Shown: piece after piece, positions 19,791-30,394 of the stretch
Layout: each line of letters starts with the position of its first letter
Numbering within the stretch: position 1 is the first letter of the stretch
Assembly: GCA_050633305.1 (NCBI GenBank)
Contig: JBOEGF010000018.1
Location: forward strand, 64,001-128,000
Origin: Nannocystales bacterium
GTDB taxonomy: Bacteria; Myxococcota_A; Polyangia; Nannocystales; Nannocystaceae
DNA: 64,000 nt
Reading direction: 5' to 3'
The notes under the pieces: model-generated
The model's database searches: none
What the model was told of the DNA's origin: nothing
Seen by the model: only the letters and a program-made list of their open reading frames with translations
Program-made: the position numbers and the translations under genes

Positions 19791-20609
19791 ATGGACCGCG
19801 CCGCCCTTGTCACGATGATTGCCTTGTGCGGCTGCAACCACGCCGCGGAGACGAGCCCTTCGAGCCACACCGCATCCACGCTCCCGCTGGTTGTGGCTCC
19901 AGCGGCGGCGCCCCGAGTCCGGGTGATGACGTTCAATGTGAACTTTGGCGTCGCGGATGCCATGGCGAATCTGGAGGCGATCGAGTCTTTGGACGCCGAT
20001 GTCGTGCTGCTGCAGGAGACGACGGCGGAGTCGGAGGACAGGTTCCGCGACGCGCTTTCGGACCGGTACCCGAACATTTTGTGGCAGGACTGCTGCAACG
20101 CGGGCGGTTTGGGCGTGCTCTCGAAGTACCCGATCGCATGGGACGAGTACCTCCAGCCGGACGCGGGATGGTTTCCCGGATGGTTGGTGGCCGTGCAGAC
20201 CCCAATCGGGGAGGTTCAGTTTCTCTATGTGCACCTTCGGCCGCCCGTGAGCGACTCGGGAAGCTGGGTGACCGGGCACTTCTCGACTCGGAAGATTCGG
20301 GCCCAGGAAATCGAGGGCTTCTGGACCGCGGTCGACACCGACGTCCCTGTGATCGTTGCGGGCGACTTCAACGAGGGGGCCGATGGACGCGCGGTGCAGT
20401 TTCTCGCGGACAAGGGCATGCGCAGCGCGCTGGTCCAGGTCAACCCCAAGGCCGACACCTGGCATTGGCCTCTGAAGGTCGGCGAGCTGTCCTCGATGCT
20501 GGATCACATCGTCTACGACGCACGGCTGTCGTTGCTCCGTGCCGACGTGCATGAACTCGGGCGTTCGGACCACTATCCCGTGGTCGCTGAGTTCGGGCTT
20601 GCCCCCTGA
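19791..20609 (+). CDS. Endonuclease/exonuclease/phosphatase family lipoprotein
   Basis: MTFNVN, DVVLLQE, AGDFN, LDHI, SDHYPV; lipobox LCGC. Confidence 0.92.
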   Translation: MDRAALVTMIALCGCNHAAETSPSSHTASTLPLVVAPAAAPRVRVMTFNVNFGVADAMANLEAIESLDADVVLLQETTAESEDRFRDALSDRYPNILWQDCCNAGGLGVLSKYPIAWDEYLQPDAGWFPGWLVAVQTPIGEVQFLYVHLRPPVSDSGSWVTGHFSTRKIRAQEIEGFWTAVDTDVPVIVAGDFNEGADGRAVQFLADKGMRSALVQVNPKADTWHWPLKVGELSSMLDHIVYDARLSLLRADVHELGRSDHYPVVAEFGLAP

Positions 20610-20622
20610 TACGCTCGCCGGT

Positions 20623-22032
20623 ATGCGACGCGCAGCGCTTCTCCTGGTTGTCGGTCTAGGATGCGGGCGTTCGTTCGAGAGCTTGCCTCCTCCTCCAGTG
20701 CCTATCGAGGCGGTTGCGTCGGCCGAGCCGCAGCCCGAGGCGGAGACGACTCCGGTCTCCCGAGGACCGGCGGAGGTCGATGCCATGCTGGCCGAAATCG
20801 ATGCGTCGCGGATGGCCCAGAGCATTGAGATGCTGGTCGGCTTTGGGACACGGCATACCCTGTCGGTGACGGATGACCCTGCGCGAGGGATCGGCGCGGC
20901 GCGTGCTGGGCTCGCGGCCCGGCTGCGGGCTTCACCGCGGCTGGAGGTGACGATGGACATCCACAGGATTGAGCCCGACGGCCGTCGCGTCGACGCCCCG
21001 ACCGAGGTTGTGAACGTCGTGGCAACGCTGCCCGGGACGATGTCCGAGGCGGCAAAACGTCTGTACTACGTGATTGGCCACTACGATTCGCGGGTGACCG
21101 ACCCGATGAACCGCTCCGCCGACGCGCCGGGAGCCAACGACGATGGGTCCGGGACGGCGGTGGTGTTGGAGTTGGCCCGCGTCATGTCGCAACACAAGTA
21201 CGACGCGACCCTCGTCTTCATGGCGACCGCGGGAGAAGAGCAGGGCTTGCTGGGGGCACGGGCTCACGCGCAGGCGGCGAGCAAGGCAGGGCTCGATATT
21301 CGCGGGGTGTTGTCGAACGATATCGTCGGCGACCCGAGCGGCCCCAGCGGGTCGAGCTTCGACGGTGAGGTCCGGGTGTTCTCGATCGCGCTCGAGAACC
21401 CACTGGACGACACCGAGTTGGCCGCGCTGCGCACCCTGGCGGGCACCCACGATGGGGAGAGTCGGCAGCTCGCGCGGTTTGTGCACGCGGTCGGGCAGCA
21501 ACACGCACTCGCGGTTCAGGCGAAGCTCGTCTTTCGACGGGACCGGTTCCTTCGCGGTGGAGACCACACGGCGTTCAATGAGGCTGGATTTGCGGCGGTG
21601 CGCTTCAGCGAGGTGGAGGAGAACTACGACCGGCAACACCAGGACGTCCGAACCCAAGACGGGCGGAAGTATGGGGACTTGGCGGAGTTCGTGGACCCCG
21701 AGTACTTGGCGGGGGTCGCTCGTCTCAATGCGGCCACGCTGGCGCACCTGGCCAACGCCCCTTCGATGCCCGCCAACGCACGGATCGTGGCCGCAGGGCT
21801 GAGCCACGACACCAACCTGCGTTGGGAGCCCAGCCCCGAGCCGGATGTCGCTGGGTATGAACTCGTCTGGCGAGAGACGACGGCGCCGCAGTGGAGTGGG
21901 GTGAAGGACGTGGGAGTGGCGGTGGATGTCACCGTGCCGATGTCCAAGGACAATGTGTTCTTCGGCGTACGAGCCTACGACGCGCAGGGGTATCGGAGTC
22001 CGGTGAGGTTCATGAGCGTGGCCCGGGAGTAG
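20623..22032 (+). CDS. M28 family metallopeptidase lipoprotein with C-terminal FN3-like domain
   Basis: GHYDSR, PGANDDGSG, GEEQGLLG, NDIVG, GGDH; lipobox GLGC. Confidence 0.92.
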   Translation: MRRAALLLVVGLGCGRSFESLPPPPVPIEAVASAEPQPEAETTPVSRGPAEVDAMLAEIDASRMAQSIEMLVGFGTRHTLSVTDDPARGIGAARAGLAARLRASPRLEVTMDIHRIEPDGRRVDAPTEVVNVVATLPGTMSEAAKRLYYVIGHYDSRVTDPMNRSADAPGANDDGSGTAVVLELARVMSQHKYDATLVFMATAGEEQGLLGARAHAQAASKAGLDIRGVLSNDIVGDPSGPSGSSFDGEVRVFSIALENPLDDTELAALRTLAGTHDGESRQLARFVHAVGQQHALAVQAKLVFRRDRFLRGGDHTAFNEAGFAAVRFSEVEENYDRQHQDVRTQDGRKYGDLAEFVDPEYLAGVARLNAATLAHLANAPSMPANARIVAAGLSHDTNLRWEPSPEPDVAGYELVWRETTAPQWSGVKDVGVAVDVTVPMSKDNVFFGVRAYDAQGYRSPVRFMSVARE

Positions 22033-22186
22033 GGATCTCGGAGGGACTGCCTGCGCTCAGATCCCTGGCCAGTCGGTCCAGCCGTCGCAGGAGTGCCTTG
22101 TACTCGGCGAGCCGCCGCAGGCGACGCCGAGTACAAGGATCAGCGCAGGGGCGAGCTTGTCACTGCGGGCTGTGTACGCAGATCCC

Positions 22187-24214
22187 TCAGGCCGCGCGCC
22201 GTCGACGGCGACGAAGGCGGAACGTTCCGAACAGCAGCAGGGACAAGAGGCCTGAGCCGATCCCGCTGGCTGACCCCGTGCTGCTGCAGCCACCACGGGT
22301 ACCCGGTTGAGGGCCGTCGTCGACGGCGGTCGCGGTCTCGCCGTAGACCTCCTCGCAGGTCGGGGGGTCCGGGATCTCGAAGCGGTCCGCGGAGGGCGTT
22401 GAACTCTCACACATCACGCCATGGATGCCGTCGCGGTCGGCTTCGATCAGCCAGCCACTGTCGCCACATGCCGGTGGCGCCGGAGCACAGACTTCGAGTT
22501 CCTGAAGCGGTCCGGTGTAGTTGCGTGCCCCGCTATCCCCGACCGGGTTCGTGTCGCCCTCGCAGGTGACGGACCCAAGCGTGTCATCGATCAGCGCCGA
22601 GTCCCCGCTCCCACAATCACAAGTCGGGAAGCCTCCCACGGCGACGCAATCCCCCGTGCCGCAGTCGTAGCCGTCGCAGACGTCGGGAAGCTCGGTGGTC
22701 AGCCCGAGATCGACGGTCCCGACTGCGGGCACGCAGGTGACCGACTCGGCGCCGTCATAGTCGGTGAAGCTCTTGGCGACGAACCCGTCGTTGCAGTCGC
22801 AGCCGGCCTTTCCGGATGCTCCGACGACACACGACCCCTCGCCGCAGTACATCGCGGTGCATTCTTGTTGACGCAAGTTCTCGGCGTACGCGTCCTGGTC
22901 GATCACGTCGGTGTCGCAGCCAAGCAGCGAGTACTCGAGTCCTTCGAGCCGCAGCGCACCCTGGGCCTCAGCGGGCGCACCAACGCCTTCAAACATCGGG
23001 TCGAAGGTCATCTCCTCCGGGGACAGCCGGGTCGTGAGACGTGTGAGCACGGTGTACTCCTCCGCGAGCCGGTTGGTGAGTTCGATGCTCTCCAGAAGAC
23101 CTTCGACGCTCGCACAATCCCCCGCGTCCCATTCGGAGTCCGGGCACTGACACTGCGTATCGTCGGCGATGCCGCACCAGTCGCTGCTTCCACAGCATCC
23201 GCTCTCATCGGAGAAACCTGGGCGAACCGGAGCGCCTTCGTACTCGCGAACGAACGCGTCTCCTCCCGCTTCGTCGATCGACGCGGCGAGGACCATCGGG
23301 TAGTTGTTGCGGCCTGATGGGTCTCGGGCGATGCGGGCGGCATCGAGTTGGGCCAGAGGGTGACCCACCGGCGCGTAAGACTCGTCCGAGTAGATGAACG
23401 CGGACACGGTCATGTGGGGCTCGGCCGCGACCGCGGTGAGTTGCAGCGGAATCATGGGCTGCGTCCCCGCGTAGGTGATCTTCAGCGGCTTGATGGAGTC
23501 CACGCCGGCGCCGGCGACCAGCTTGGCGGCGACGAAGACCATGCCTCCATCGATGTAGGGCTGCATGTAGGGGGTCATCGTCTCGTTGACGATGAAGCCG
23601 TTCTCTTGCAACCAGTCGACGGCGAGGGCCGCGTCGTCCGCACTGAATGTCACGGTTTCGTAGTCCCCGACCGTCTGCATGTCGATGACGTCGACACCGC
23701 CAGGAGGCTCACCCGTGCCTTCCCCGTCTCCGTCCGTACCCCCCGGGCCTCCGTCGTCCCAGGTGTCATTCTCTCCTTCGCCGGGGACGTCACACTCGGG
23801 TGCGGGGTGGTACTCGCACGTGAACTCGGGGACGGGGCACAGGGACTCGTATCCGGCGAATGCGATGGGCGCAGTGCCCTCGTCGACCAGGCCGAATGCG
23901 ATGGTGTGGGAGATCTCCAGCTCCGGGACATTGGGCACTGGGACAATCCAAGCGAACTGCTCCGGATCACCCGCGTAGCGGATCTGTACGTGCGCGCTGA
24001 CCGTCTCTTCGCCCACCTCGAAGATGATCTGCTCGGCCTGCTGATTGACCGCGAAGTTGTTGGTATCGAGGGCGACTGGATCGGGCGGAGAGAGACAACC
24101 ACACGCCTCGGCGCGGGAGGGGGTGAGGGCGGCGGTGGAGAACACGAGCGCGGCGACGCAGAGCGCACTGGCACCCGCCGCGGTCGTTGAACGACGCAAC
24201 ATTCTAAGATTCAT
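22187..24214 (-). CDS. DUF2330 domain protein with EGF-like Cys-rich region and MYXO-CTERM sorting signal
   Basis: AEACGC start, QQAEQIIF, FAWIVPVP, WLQENGF, PMIPLQLT; C-terminus GGCS...LLSLLLFGTFRLRRRRRR. Confidence 0.88.
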   Translation of the reverse strand: MNLRMLRRSTTAAGASALCVAALVFSTAALTPSRAEACGCLSPPDPVALDTNNFAVNQQAEQIIFEVGEETVSAHVQIRYAGDPEQFAWIVPVPNVPELEISHTIAFGLVDEGTAPIAFAGYESLCPVPEFTCEYHPAPECDVPGEGENDTWDDGGPGGTDGDGEGTGEPPGGVDVIDMQTVGDYETVTFSADDAALAVDWLQENGFIVNETMTPYMQPYIDGGMVFVAAKLVAGAGVDSIKPLKITYAGTQPMIPLQLTAVAAEPHMTVSAFIYSDESYAPVGHPLAQLDAARIARDPSGRNNYPMVLAASIDEAGGDAFVREYEGAPVRPGFSDESGCCGSSDWCGIADDTQCQCPDSEWDAGDCASVEGLLESIELTNRLAEEYTVLTRLTTRLSPEEMTFDPMFEGVGAPAEAQGALRLEGLEYSLLGCDTDVIDQDAYAENLRQQECTAMYCGEGSCVVGASGKAGCDCNDGFVAKSFTDYDGAESVTCVPAVGTVDLGLTTELPDVCDGYDCGTGDCVAVGGFPTCDCGSGDSALIDDTLGSVTCEGDTNPVGDSGARNYTGPLQELEVCAPAPPACGDSGWLIEADRDGIHGVMCESSTPSADRFEIPDPPTCEEVYGETATAVDDGPQPGTRGGCSSTGSASGIGSGLLSLLLFGTFRLRRRRRRAA

Positions 24215-24501
24215 CGGTTTTTATCCAAAGCCCACGTTGGGCAGTTCAAGACAAGCCATACGACACCCAAGTGTGCCGTGAAACGAGCCTAACACACCGA
24301 AGTGCCAGTGGCAGTGCGCGGGTGTCATGACGGGACAGCGAAAGGTCGGCCCGGGTTTCGCCCCGGTTGCAAGGCCGGGCCCGCGCGGCGCTCAGTCCGA
24401 GGACACCCGAGGACGCGCCGGAACCGCGTTGCGTACAGGCGCTCGCTCTTCCGGGTGTCGCGGGAACAGAGCGACGGGAGGGCATGTATAGTTGAACGAC
24501 G

Positions 24502-24744
24502 ATGCTCTTGACCGTGTTGTTTTCCATCGCCGCAGCGGGCGGAGCCTACGCCGTCGCCAAGAAGAAGCGGACGAACAGCGGCTCTGCTGCGGCCGTGGGC
24601 ATCGCAGCGGGAGCGGGCACCGGCGCTGCGATCACACTGTTCGCGGCGACGTGGCCGCTGTTGTTCTTGTTCGGATTCCCCGCTGCCGCCGTCTACTACT
24701 ACGGCAAGGCGAAGGGGCAAAAAGCCATCGGCCCCGGTCGCTGA
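24502..24744 (+). CDS. Small membrane protein
   Basis: Two to three hydrophobic segments; TATAGT 9 nt upstream. Confidence 0.75.
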   Translation: MLLTVLFSIAAAGGAYAVAKKKRTNSGSAAAVGIAAGAGTGAAITLFAATWPLLFLFGFPAAAVYYYGKAKGQKAIGPGR

Positions 24745-24745
24745 C

Positions 24746-25708
24746 TCACCCGCGCCAGGACCACAGGTCCGAGCTCCAGGCCAGCGTTCGCGCTCCGGTC
24801 TCGAGTTCGAAGACTTCGACCGTGACGCCGTGACTCTCGGCGGTGAAGACGGCGAGCCCGCGTGGGTTCGACTGGGCCATCACGCCGGGCTTGGCGGGCG
24901 GATCCTCGAGCACCACCATCTGAACGATCATGTAGCCGCGCCCATTGAGCACCTTGCGGTCGGCGGCACAGACCTCGGTGGTCCATCGCTGCGCGCCATC
25001 GCTGCCCACTGCGCGCAGCGGGAATCGAAAGCCACCCGAGCCTGGCTCGAACATCGCGACGTAGAGCGTCGTCCCGGCACGAGCCCGAGTCACTTCGATC
25101 GCAGTGCCCGGCGAGGCCGGTATCGGGCCCAGTTCGACGCGTGCGCTCGAGAGGTCGTATGCCAGCGTCCCGCCGGACTCGACGAGCGGGGAGGTGCCGC
25201 GAATGAGCACGCCACCGGGGCCGCGCTTCAGCTCGCCTCGGCGGTCGCCGTGTCCGCTTTGTGCAATCTGTAAATCGTACGCTGTCGTGGTGCCGTCGCC
25301 CCCACGCGCGGACTTGAGCGTGTCCACCCACCACTGCGGTGGCGCCATCCGAAGTGCCGCGCTGAACCGAGGGAGCATGTTGTCGACGGCTGCTTCCTCG
25401 ATTCGTCCGTTGTGATCGAAGCGCCGCTGAGCCTCCCATTGTGCGAGTAGAGCTGCGCTTGGCGGAGCGTGGTCCGGGCTCAACGAGCTGAGAGCCGCCG
25501 CGCCGCGTTGCATCAACGCTGGCCCATCACAGCGAAGCGCTTCGGCTTCGACCTCGGGCGCGTTCGCGCCAGGTTCGGGCGTGTCTTCATCAGGAGCGGG
25601 CATCGGCGACGGCGGCTGGGAGACTGCCGGTTCGGATCCCGCATCGGTCTTTGGCTCAGTGCCGGCGCACCCGGAGAGCAGGACCATCGCGAGGCTCAGC
25701 CGGTTCAC
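24746..25708 (-). CDS. Hypothetical lipoprotein
   Basis: Lipobox LSGC, Pro-rich linker. Confidence 0.75.
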   Translation of the reverse strand: MNRLSLAMVLLSGCAGTEPKTDAGSEPAVSQPPSPMPAPDEDTPEPGANAPEVEAEALRCDGPALMQRGAAALSSLSPDHAPPSAALLAQWEAQRRFDHNGRIEEAAVDNMLPRFSAALRMAPPQWWVDTLKSARGGDGTTTAYDLQIAQSGHGDRRGELKRGPGGVLIRGTSPLVESGGTLAYDLSSARVELGPIPASPGTAIEVTRARAGTTLYVAMFEPGSGGFRFPLRAVGSDGAQRWTTEVCAADRKVLNGRGYMIVQMVVLEDPPAKPGVMAQSNPRGLAVFTAESHGVTVEVFELETGARTLAWSSDLWSWRG

Positions 25709-25891
25709 AACACGAAGATAACATCAGCACGGATCCTCGTTGCAGTGGCTGACCCTGCACCGATCCCATTGGTCGCCGTTCTCCGGTGCCTCGAACTCTT
25801 GAAAGCAAGGGTCCGCCGCAACGAGGGACGTCTCGTCGCGGCCGTGCTCTCGAACGAGTGTGACGTCGAAGCCAGGATCCCCACCTGGGCA

Positions 25892-27301
25892 CTACTGGCT
25901 CTCGGTGAAGAAGAACCCGACCAAGCACATCTCGTCTTGGGTTCCGAAGCCGGCCTGGAGTGGGTCGGTCTCGGCGCTGGTATCGAAGTCGCACTCCACG
26001 TGGAGACTGTCGGTGTCACGGACGGTCACGGGCTCGTCGTAGAAGTAGGTCCGCTGCCAGTTGTAGTCGTAGCGGTCCACGTCGGCCGCACACTCCATGC
26101 CGTCAGCACGCTCGAACTCCACGGCCATCTTGCGCCCGTGCTCGTGCATGTGGGGCAGGACGCCCAGGACGTCGATCGAGTCGAAGTCGTACCCGTCAAA
26201 CGCGAACATCTCCCGGAACGTCGCGTTCCAGTTGTATTTCACGCTCTCCATGCCCGGCTCGAGCGTCTCGCCGCCCCCGCCAAAGGACTGGAACAAGAAG
26301 GGGTCCCACAAGACCTGGAAGCCTTCTTGCTCCACCTCATCGGCCCACTTCAGACGGACCTTGGACGCGTCGATGCCCCCACCTTCGTCGAGCAGGTTGT
26401 AGTGCATCTGGACGACCATCAAGTCGCCCGGGGCGAACCGAACCCCGACCCCCTCGGGGTAGTTGAGGGCGCCTTGTCCCGGGGCCCAGGTCACCGGTAC
26501 CCCTTGCGGAAGAATGCCATCCCCGGCAGCGCCGTAGCAGGGCCAGCCGGGTTTGTCGTCGAGGCCTTCGAGGACGTTGATCGCAGCCGTGTTGTTGAGG
26601 AACTCAGGGTCCACCCGGAAGCCCAGCACGTGGTGGACGAGTTCGTCGTTGTCGGGGAGCACGTCATAGCCGACGAGGTAGCGGTCTTGCTCGAGGCCCA
26701 GCTCGATCGGGAAGCAGCGGTAGTCGTCGAGGGCGAAGCCGAGGTCTTCTTGGGTGCCGGGCTCGTACTCGGGAATGGTGACCACCTCGGTCTCCCCCTC
26801 GAGGGTGGGGAGGGTGGGGGGCTCGGGAGCTTCCAGTGTGTCGTCGCCCGCAACCATGCCACCGTCGACCCACGCGGAGATGGTTGCGATCTCGTCGTCG
26901 GTCAACCAGCGGGCGTCGTCGAAGTCTTGGCAGCTTCCGTCGGCACGGACGCCGTACGGGGGCATCGTCCGGGCCTCGACCACGACCTTGATTGCGGCGG
27001 CAAGACCGGCGACCTCGTCGTAGGTGTCGAGCCGGAACGGCGCGATCGAACCCTCGGTGTGGCAAGAGACGCAGTGCTGGGCGAGCAAGGGGCGGACGTC
27101 CTCGTAGTAGTCGACATCCGATGCCGCGCCGCTGGAGCTCTCGTCCGCGGCACCCGAGCTCCCGCTCTCAGACCCGTGTGCGCCGGTCGTCGCAGCGGCG
27201 TCTGTCTCGCCTTCGGCAGCCGGGGCGGGTTCGTCGGTTCCGCAACCAACCGGAAGAGCGAGGGACAGGAGCAAGCAAGTGGAGTAGGCGCGAACGGTCA
27301 T
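25892..27301 (-). CDS. Copper type II (PHM/DBH-like) monooxygenase lipoprotein with N-terminal c-type heme motif
   Basis: Lipobox PVGC; CVSCH; Cu ligands VHHV, MHY, PHMH and DEMC. Confidence 0.85.
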   Translation of the reverse strand: MTVRAYSTCLLLSLALPVGCGTDEPAPAAEGETDAAATTGAHGSESGSSGAADESSSGAASDVDYYEDVRPLLAQHCVSCHTEGSIAPFRLDTYDEVAGLAAAIKVVVEARTMPPYGVRADGSCQDFDDARWLTDDEIATISAWVDGGMVAGDDTLEAPEPPTLPTLEGETEVVTIPEYEPGTQEDLGFALDDYRCFPIELGLEQDRYLVGYDVLPDNDELVHHVLGFRVDPEFLNNTAAINVLEGLDDKPGWPCYGAAGDGILPQGVPVTWAPGQGALNYPEGVGVRFAPGDLMVVQMHYNLLDEGGGIDASKVRLKWADEVEQEGFQVLWDPFLFQSFGGGGETLEPGMESVKYNWNATFREMFAFDGYDFDSIDVLGVLPHMHEHGRKMAVEFERADGMECAADVDRYDYNWQRTYFYDEPVTVRDTDSLHVECDFDTSAETDPLQAGFGTQDEMCLVGFFFTESQ

Positions 27302-27487
27302 CGACTTCCCGGTAGGTTTCCCCGCCGGGAGTATGCGCCTGCTCGGCTGTCGCGCCAAGGGACCTGACACTGAGGCGCGTTCGTCGCCGCTCGGCACGGA
27401 CGGATCGGGGTCGTTGCGTGCCGCGGGGCAGTGCGTTCCGGGGTTTGGGGGGATGCGGGCCGCCGAACCGTTCCTACACTCGACAGC

Positions 27488-28507
27488 ATGATTCTGGAGT
27501 CCGTACCCCTCGGGTTTCCGTGGCCCACGCTCGACCCGTTTCTCTTCTGCGCCTACCACCTCGACGAGTATCCCGCGGGCAACGAGTCGATGGGCCCCGA
27601 TCCGGCGCTGCTCGAGGGACGAAGGATCGGCAGCGACTTCGAGGTCCGCGACGGCTGGCGCATGTATCACGGAGACGTCGTGCCCGGATTCCCACGGCAT
27701 CCGCATCGAGGGTTCGAGACCGTCACGGTCGCGCGTCAGGGGTTGCTTGACCACTCGGACTCCTTGGGCGCCACCGCGCGCTTCGGTCGGGGTGACTGTC
27801 AGTGGATGACCGCCGGCAGTGGGATCGTGCACTCGGAGATGTTCCCGCTCATCGATCGGGAGTCCGGCAACACGGCGGAACTCTTCCAGCTATGGCTCAA
27901 TCTTCCGGCCAAGAACAAGATGGTCGACCCGGCGTTCAAGATGCTGTGGGCGGCCGAGATCCCCAAGGTGACGCTTCGTGATGACGACGGTCGGGAGACG
28001 TTGGTGACGGTCAACGCCGGCAGCCTCGAAGGGCACGCTGCACCCGCGCCCCCACCCAATTCCTGGGCGTCGCAGCCGGGCTCTCATGTCGCCATCTGGA
28101 CGGTGGAGATGCAGCCGGGTGCTCACGTGACCCTGCCACCGGCACCGAAGGAAGCGCATCGGATGATCTACTTCCATCGCGGGCAGCGTCTCGGGGTTGG
28201 GGAGGGGGCGCTCGATGTCAACAATGCCGCACTCGTTCAGTCGGACGCTCCACTGGTGCTTCACAATCTTGGTGATGTCCCTGCCGATATCCTGCTGCTC
28301 CAGGGACGGCCGATCGGAGAACCAGTCGCGCAACACGGTCCGTTTGTCATGAACACTCGCGCCGAGATCGAGCAGGCGTTCGCCGACTATCGACGAACCC
28401 AGTTCGGGGGCTGGCCGTGGAAGCACGATGCTCCGGTCCACGAGCGCGGCCAGCGACGGTTTGCGATGCATGCCGACGGCCGGCGAGAAGACGCCCCCGC
28501 CGGGTAG
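27488..28507 (+). CDS. Pirin family protein
   Basis: DPFLF, GFPRHPHRGFETVT, QWMTAGSGIVHSE, QLWLNLP, GPFVMNT. Confidence 0.95.
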   Translation: MILESVPLGFPWPTLDPFLFCAYHLDEYPAGNESMGPDPALLEGRRIGSDFEVRDGWRMYHGDVVPGFPRHPHRGFETVTVARQGLLDHSDSLGATARFGRGDCQWMTAGSGIVHSEMFPLIDRESGNTAELFQLWLNLPAKNKMVDPAFKMLWAAEIPKVTLRDDDGRETLVTVNAGSLEGHAAPAPPPNSWASQPGSHVAIWTVEMQPGAHVTLPPAPKEAHRMIYFHRGQRLGVGEGALDVNNAALVQSDAPLVLHNLGDVPADILLLQGRPIGEPVAQHGPFVMNTRAEIEQAFADYRRTQFGGWPWKHDAPVHERGQRRFAMHADGRREDAPAG

Positions 28508-28632
28508 TGCGGCCCAGTGGCCAGCGAATTCGGAACGATGCGTCACATACTCCGCCGTCGCCCGCGGGGCTAAGGGGCAGTGTCAGGCCGTGTGTGCCTG
28601 ACACCGGCCCATCAGCTGTCTATTCTCCGCGT

Positions 28633-30387
28633 ATGAAACGCAGGACTGTTGGCCTCGCCGTTGCGTGTCTGGCCGGGTGTGGAGGCAGCTCTGGGGGCGC
28701 GGGTGAGGACTCCGGAAGCAGCTCGTCGGGCGGAGGCACGGGGACGGGCCTCACCACCGCGGTGGCCGAGTCCTCGACCAGCGGTGCGCCGACCGGTTCG
28801 AGTTCCGGCGTGGCAGACAGCAGCTCGGGGGACGGATCGTCGAGTTCGGGCGGAGAAGGTCTCGACCCGCTGTGCGACGAACTCGGTCTCCCTCGTGCAG
28901 ACTTGCTCGCGCGGGACGGGGATGCGTGGGGACAGGTTGCCGGAGACTTCCGGGTCGAGACGACGTTCGGGCCCTGGTCGCTGTCGGAGAACTTCTCAGG
29001 CTGTGACTCCTACGTGTTCATCAACGACCAGGGCAGCGCGACCGCGTCGGGTCTACGCAGTACGGCGAGCACCGAACTGTTCGAACGCTCGGCGCTCAAT
29101 GTGCACTACTTCTTCCTCACAACCTCCGGTGACGCGGTCGACGGTGCCGAGGCGTGGCAGACGTCCATCGGTGGCGCGTTGGCAGGGCTTGATATGGCCG
29201 CGCAGGACCACTGGTCGTCGCGCGTGCACTTCGTAACCGACGCCTCTGGCAGTATCGCTGACTTCCTCAGTGCTCGACCGGACCAGGTCACGTTCGCAAT
29301 CGACCGGGGACAGCGCTGGGACGACCCCGGCTCGACGAGCGACACCACGGGCGGAAGCTTTGCCCCCGCGGCGCCGGTGCTTGGCTACACGGCGCGCTAC
29401 TACAACGCTCGTCACGCTCGAGATCTGCGTCTCGCCGCGCAGCGAGATGTAACCGAGGTCGTGGTGTTGGACGAGGTTGTGTTCGAGCCGGAGTGCGATG
29501 GCTCCTGCTCAGGTCTCCCGAACGGGCCGTTCTCCAACAGCAACAACTGGGCGGCATGGCCTGCGGAGTTTCCGGACGCCGAGACGATGGCGGGATTCGA
29601 CACGATGGACGTCGTGGTGACTGCGCAGTGCGGTCCCGACCCGGACGCTGACTGCGGTCACTGGGACTATGAGGCGATGCTCAACCTCTGTGACACGGAC
29701 GCTTGTGACGCGCAGGTCAACGAACTGGCACGGTGGATCACCCCGTACTCGCGTCCTGGGATCCGTCGTTGGGTGTTCGACGCCTCGCATATGCTTGGCT
29801 TGGTCCGAGAGGGCGGCACACGTTGGGTTCAGTTCGGGATGGTCTGGAACATGAACCCGTCCGTTTGGGATATCCGTGTCCGACTGCGGGACTCGGGCAA
29901 GGATGGGTCGGTACAGGCGACCGTTCCGGCGTTCGCAGGAAACCGTGGCTTCAACGACGACTACAACACGTGGGAGCCCGTCTTGTTTACCCCGCCGGCG
30001 GGCACGACTCGCGTCGAGTTCACCGCGCTGATTTCGGGGCACGGCCAGGAGGCGAACAACTGCGCCGAGTGGTGCGAGCATCAGCATGAGTTCACGGTCA
30101 ATGGCGAGGCCGTGCATCTTCGGGAGTTCCCCGGCGAGGTCGCCGCGCAGCGTTGTGGGGAGGCCGTCGACGACGGGGTGGTTCCGGGTCAGTGGGGGAA
30201 CTGGACCCCGGGACGGGCGGGATGGTGCCCCGGTGCTGCGATCGAACCGTGGGTCATCGACATCACCGATGCGGTGAACATCGGGCAGGTGAACACCATC
30301 GCGTACCGGGGCCTGTTCGCGGGGGTGCCGGTGGAGGGCGGGCGGGGCCGGATCCGCCTTTCGAGCTACGTGACGTTTAGCGAGTAG
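28633..30387 (+). CDS. Peptide-N-glycosidase F-related lipoprotein
   Basis: CGHWDY, ELARWITPY, ISGHG, CAEWC..H, GQWGNW...RAGWCPG motifs; lipobox LAGC. Confidence 0.82.
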   Translation: MKRRTVGLAVACLAGCGGSSGGAGEDSGSSSSGGGTGTGLTTAVAESSTSGAPTGSSSGVADSSSGDGSSSSGGEGLDPLCDELGLPRADLLARDGDAWGQVAGDFRVETTFGPWSLSENFSGCDSYVFINDQGSATASGLRSTASTELFERSALNVHYFFLTTSGDAVDGAEAWQTSIGGALAGLDMAAQDHWSSRVHFVTDASGSIADFLSARPDQVTFAIDRGQRWDDPGSTSDTTGGSFAPAAPVLGYTARYYNARHARDLRLAAQRDVTEVVVLDEVVFEPECDGSCSGLPNGPFSNSNNWAAWPAEFPDAETMAGFDTMDVVVTAQCGPDPDADCGHWDYEAMLNLCDTDACDAQVNELARWITPYSRPGIRRWVFDASHMLGLVREGGTRWVQFGMVWNMNPSVWDIRVRLRDSGKDGSVQATVPAFAGNRGFNDDYNTWEPVLFTPPAGTTRVEFTALISGHGQEANNCAEWCEHQHEFTVNGEAVHLREFPGEVAAQRCGEAVDDGVVPGQWGNWTPGRAGWCPGAAIEPWVIDITDAVNIGQVNTIAYRGLFAGVPVEGGRGRIRLSSYVTFSE

Positions 30388-30394
30388 CGGGTCT

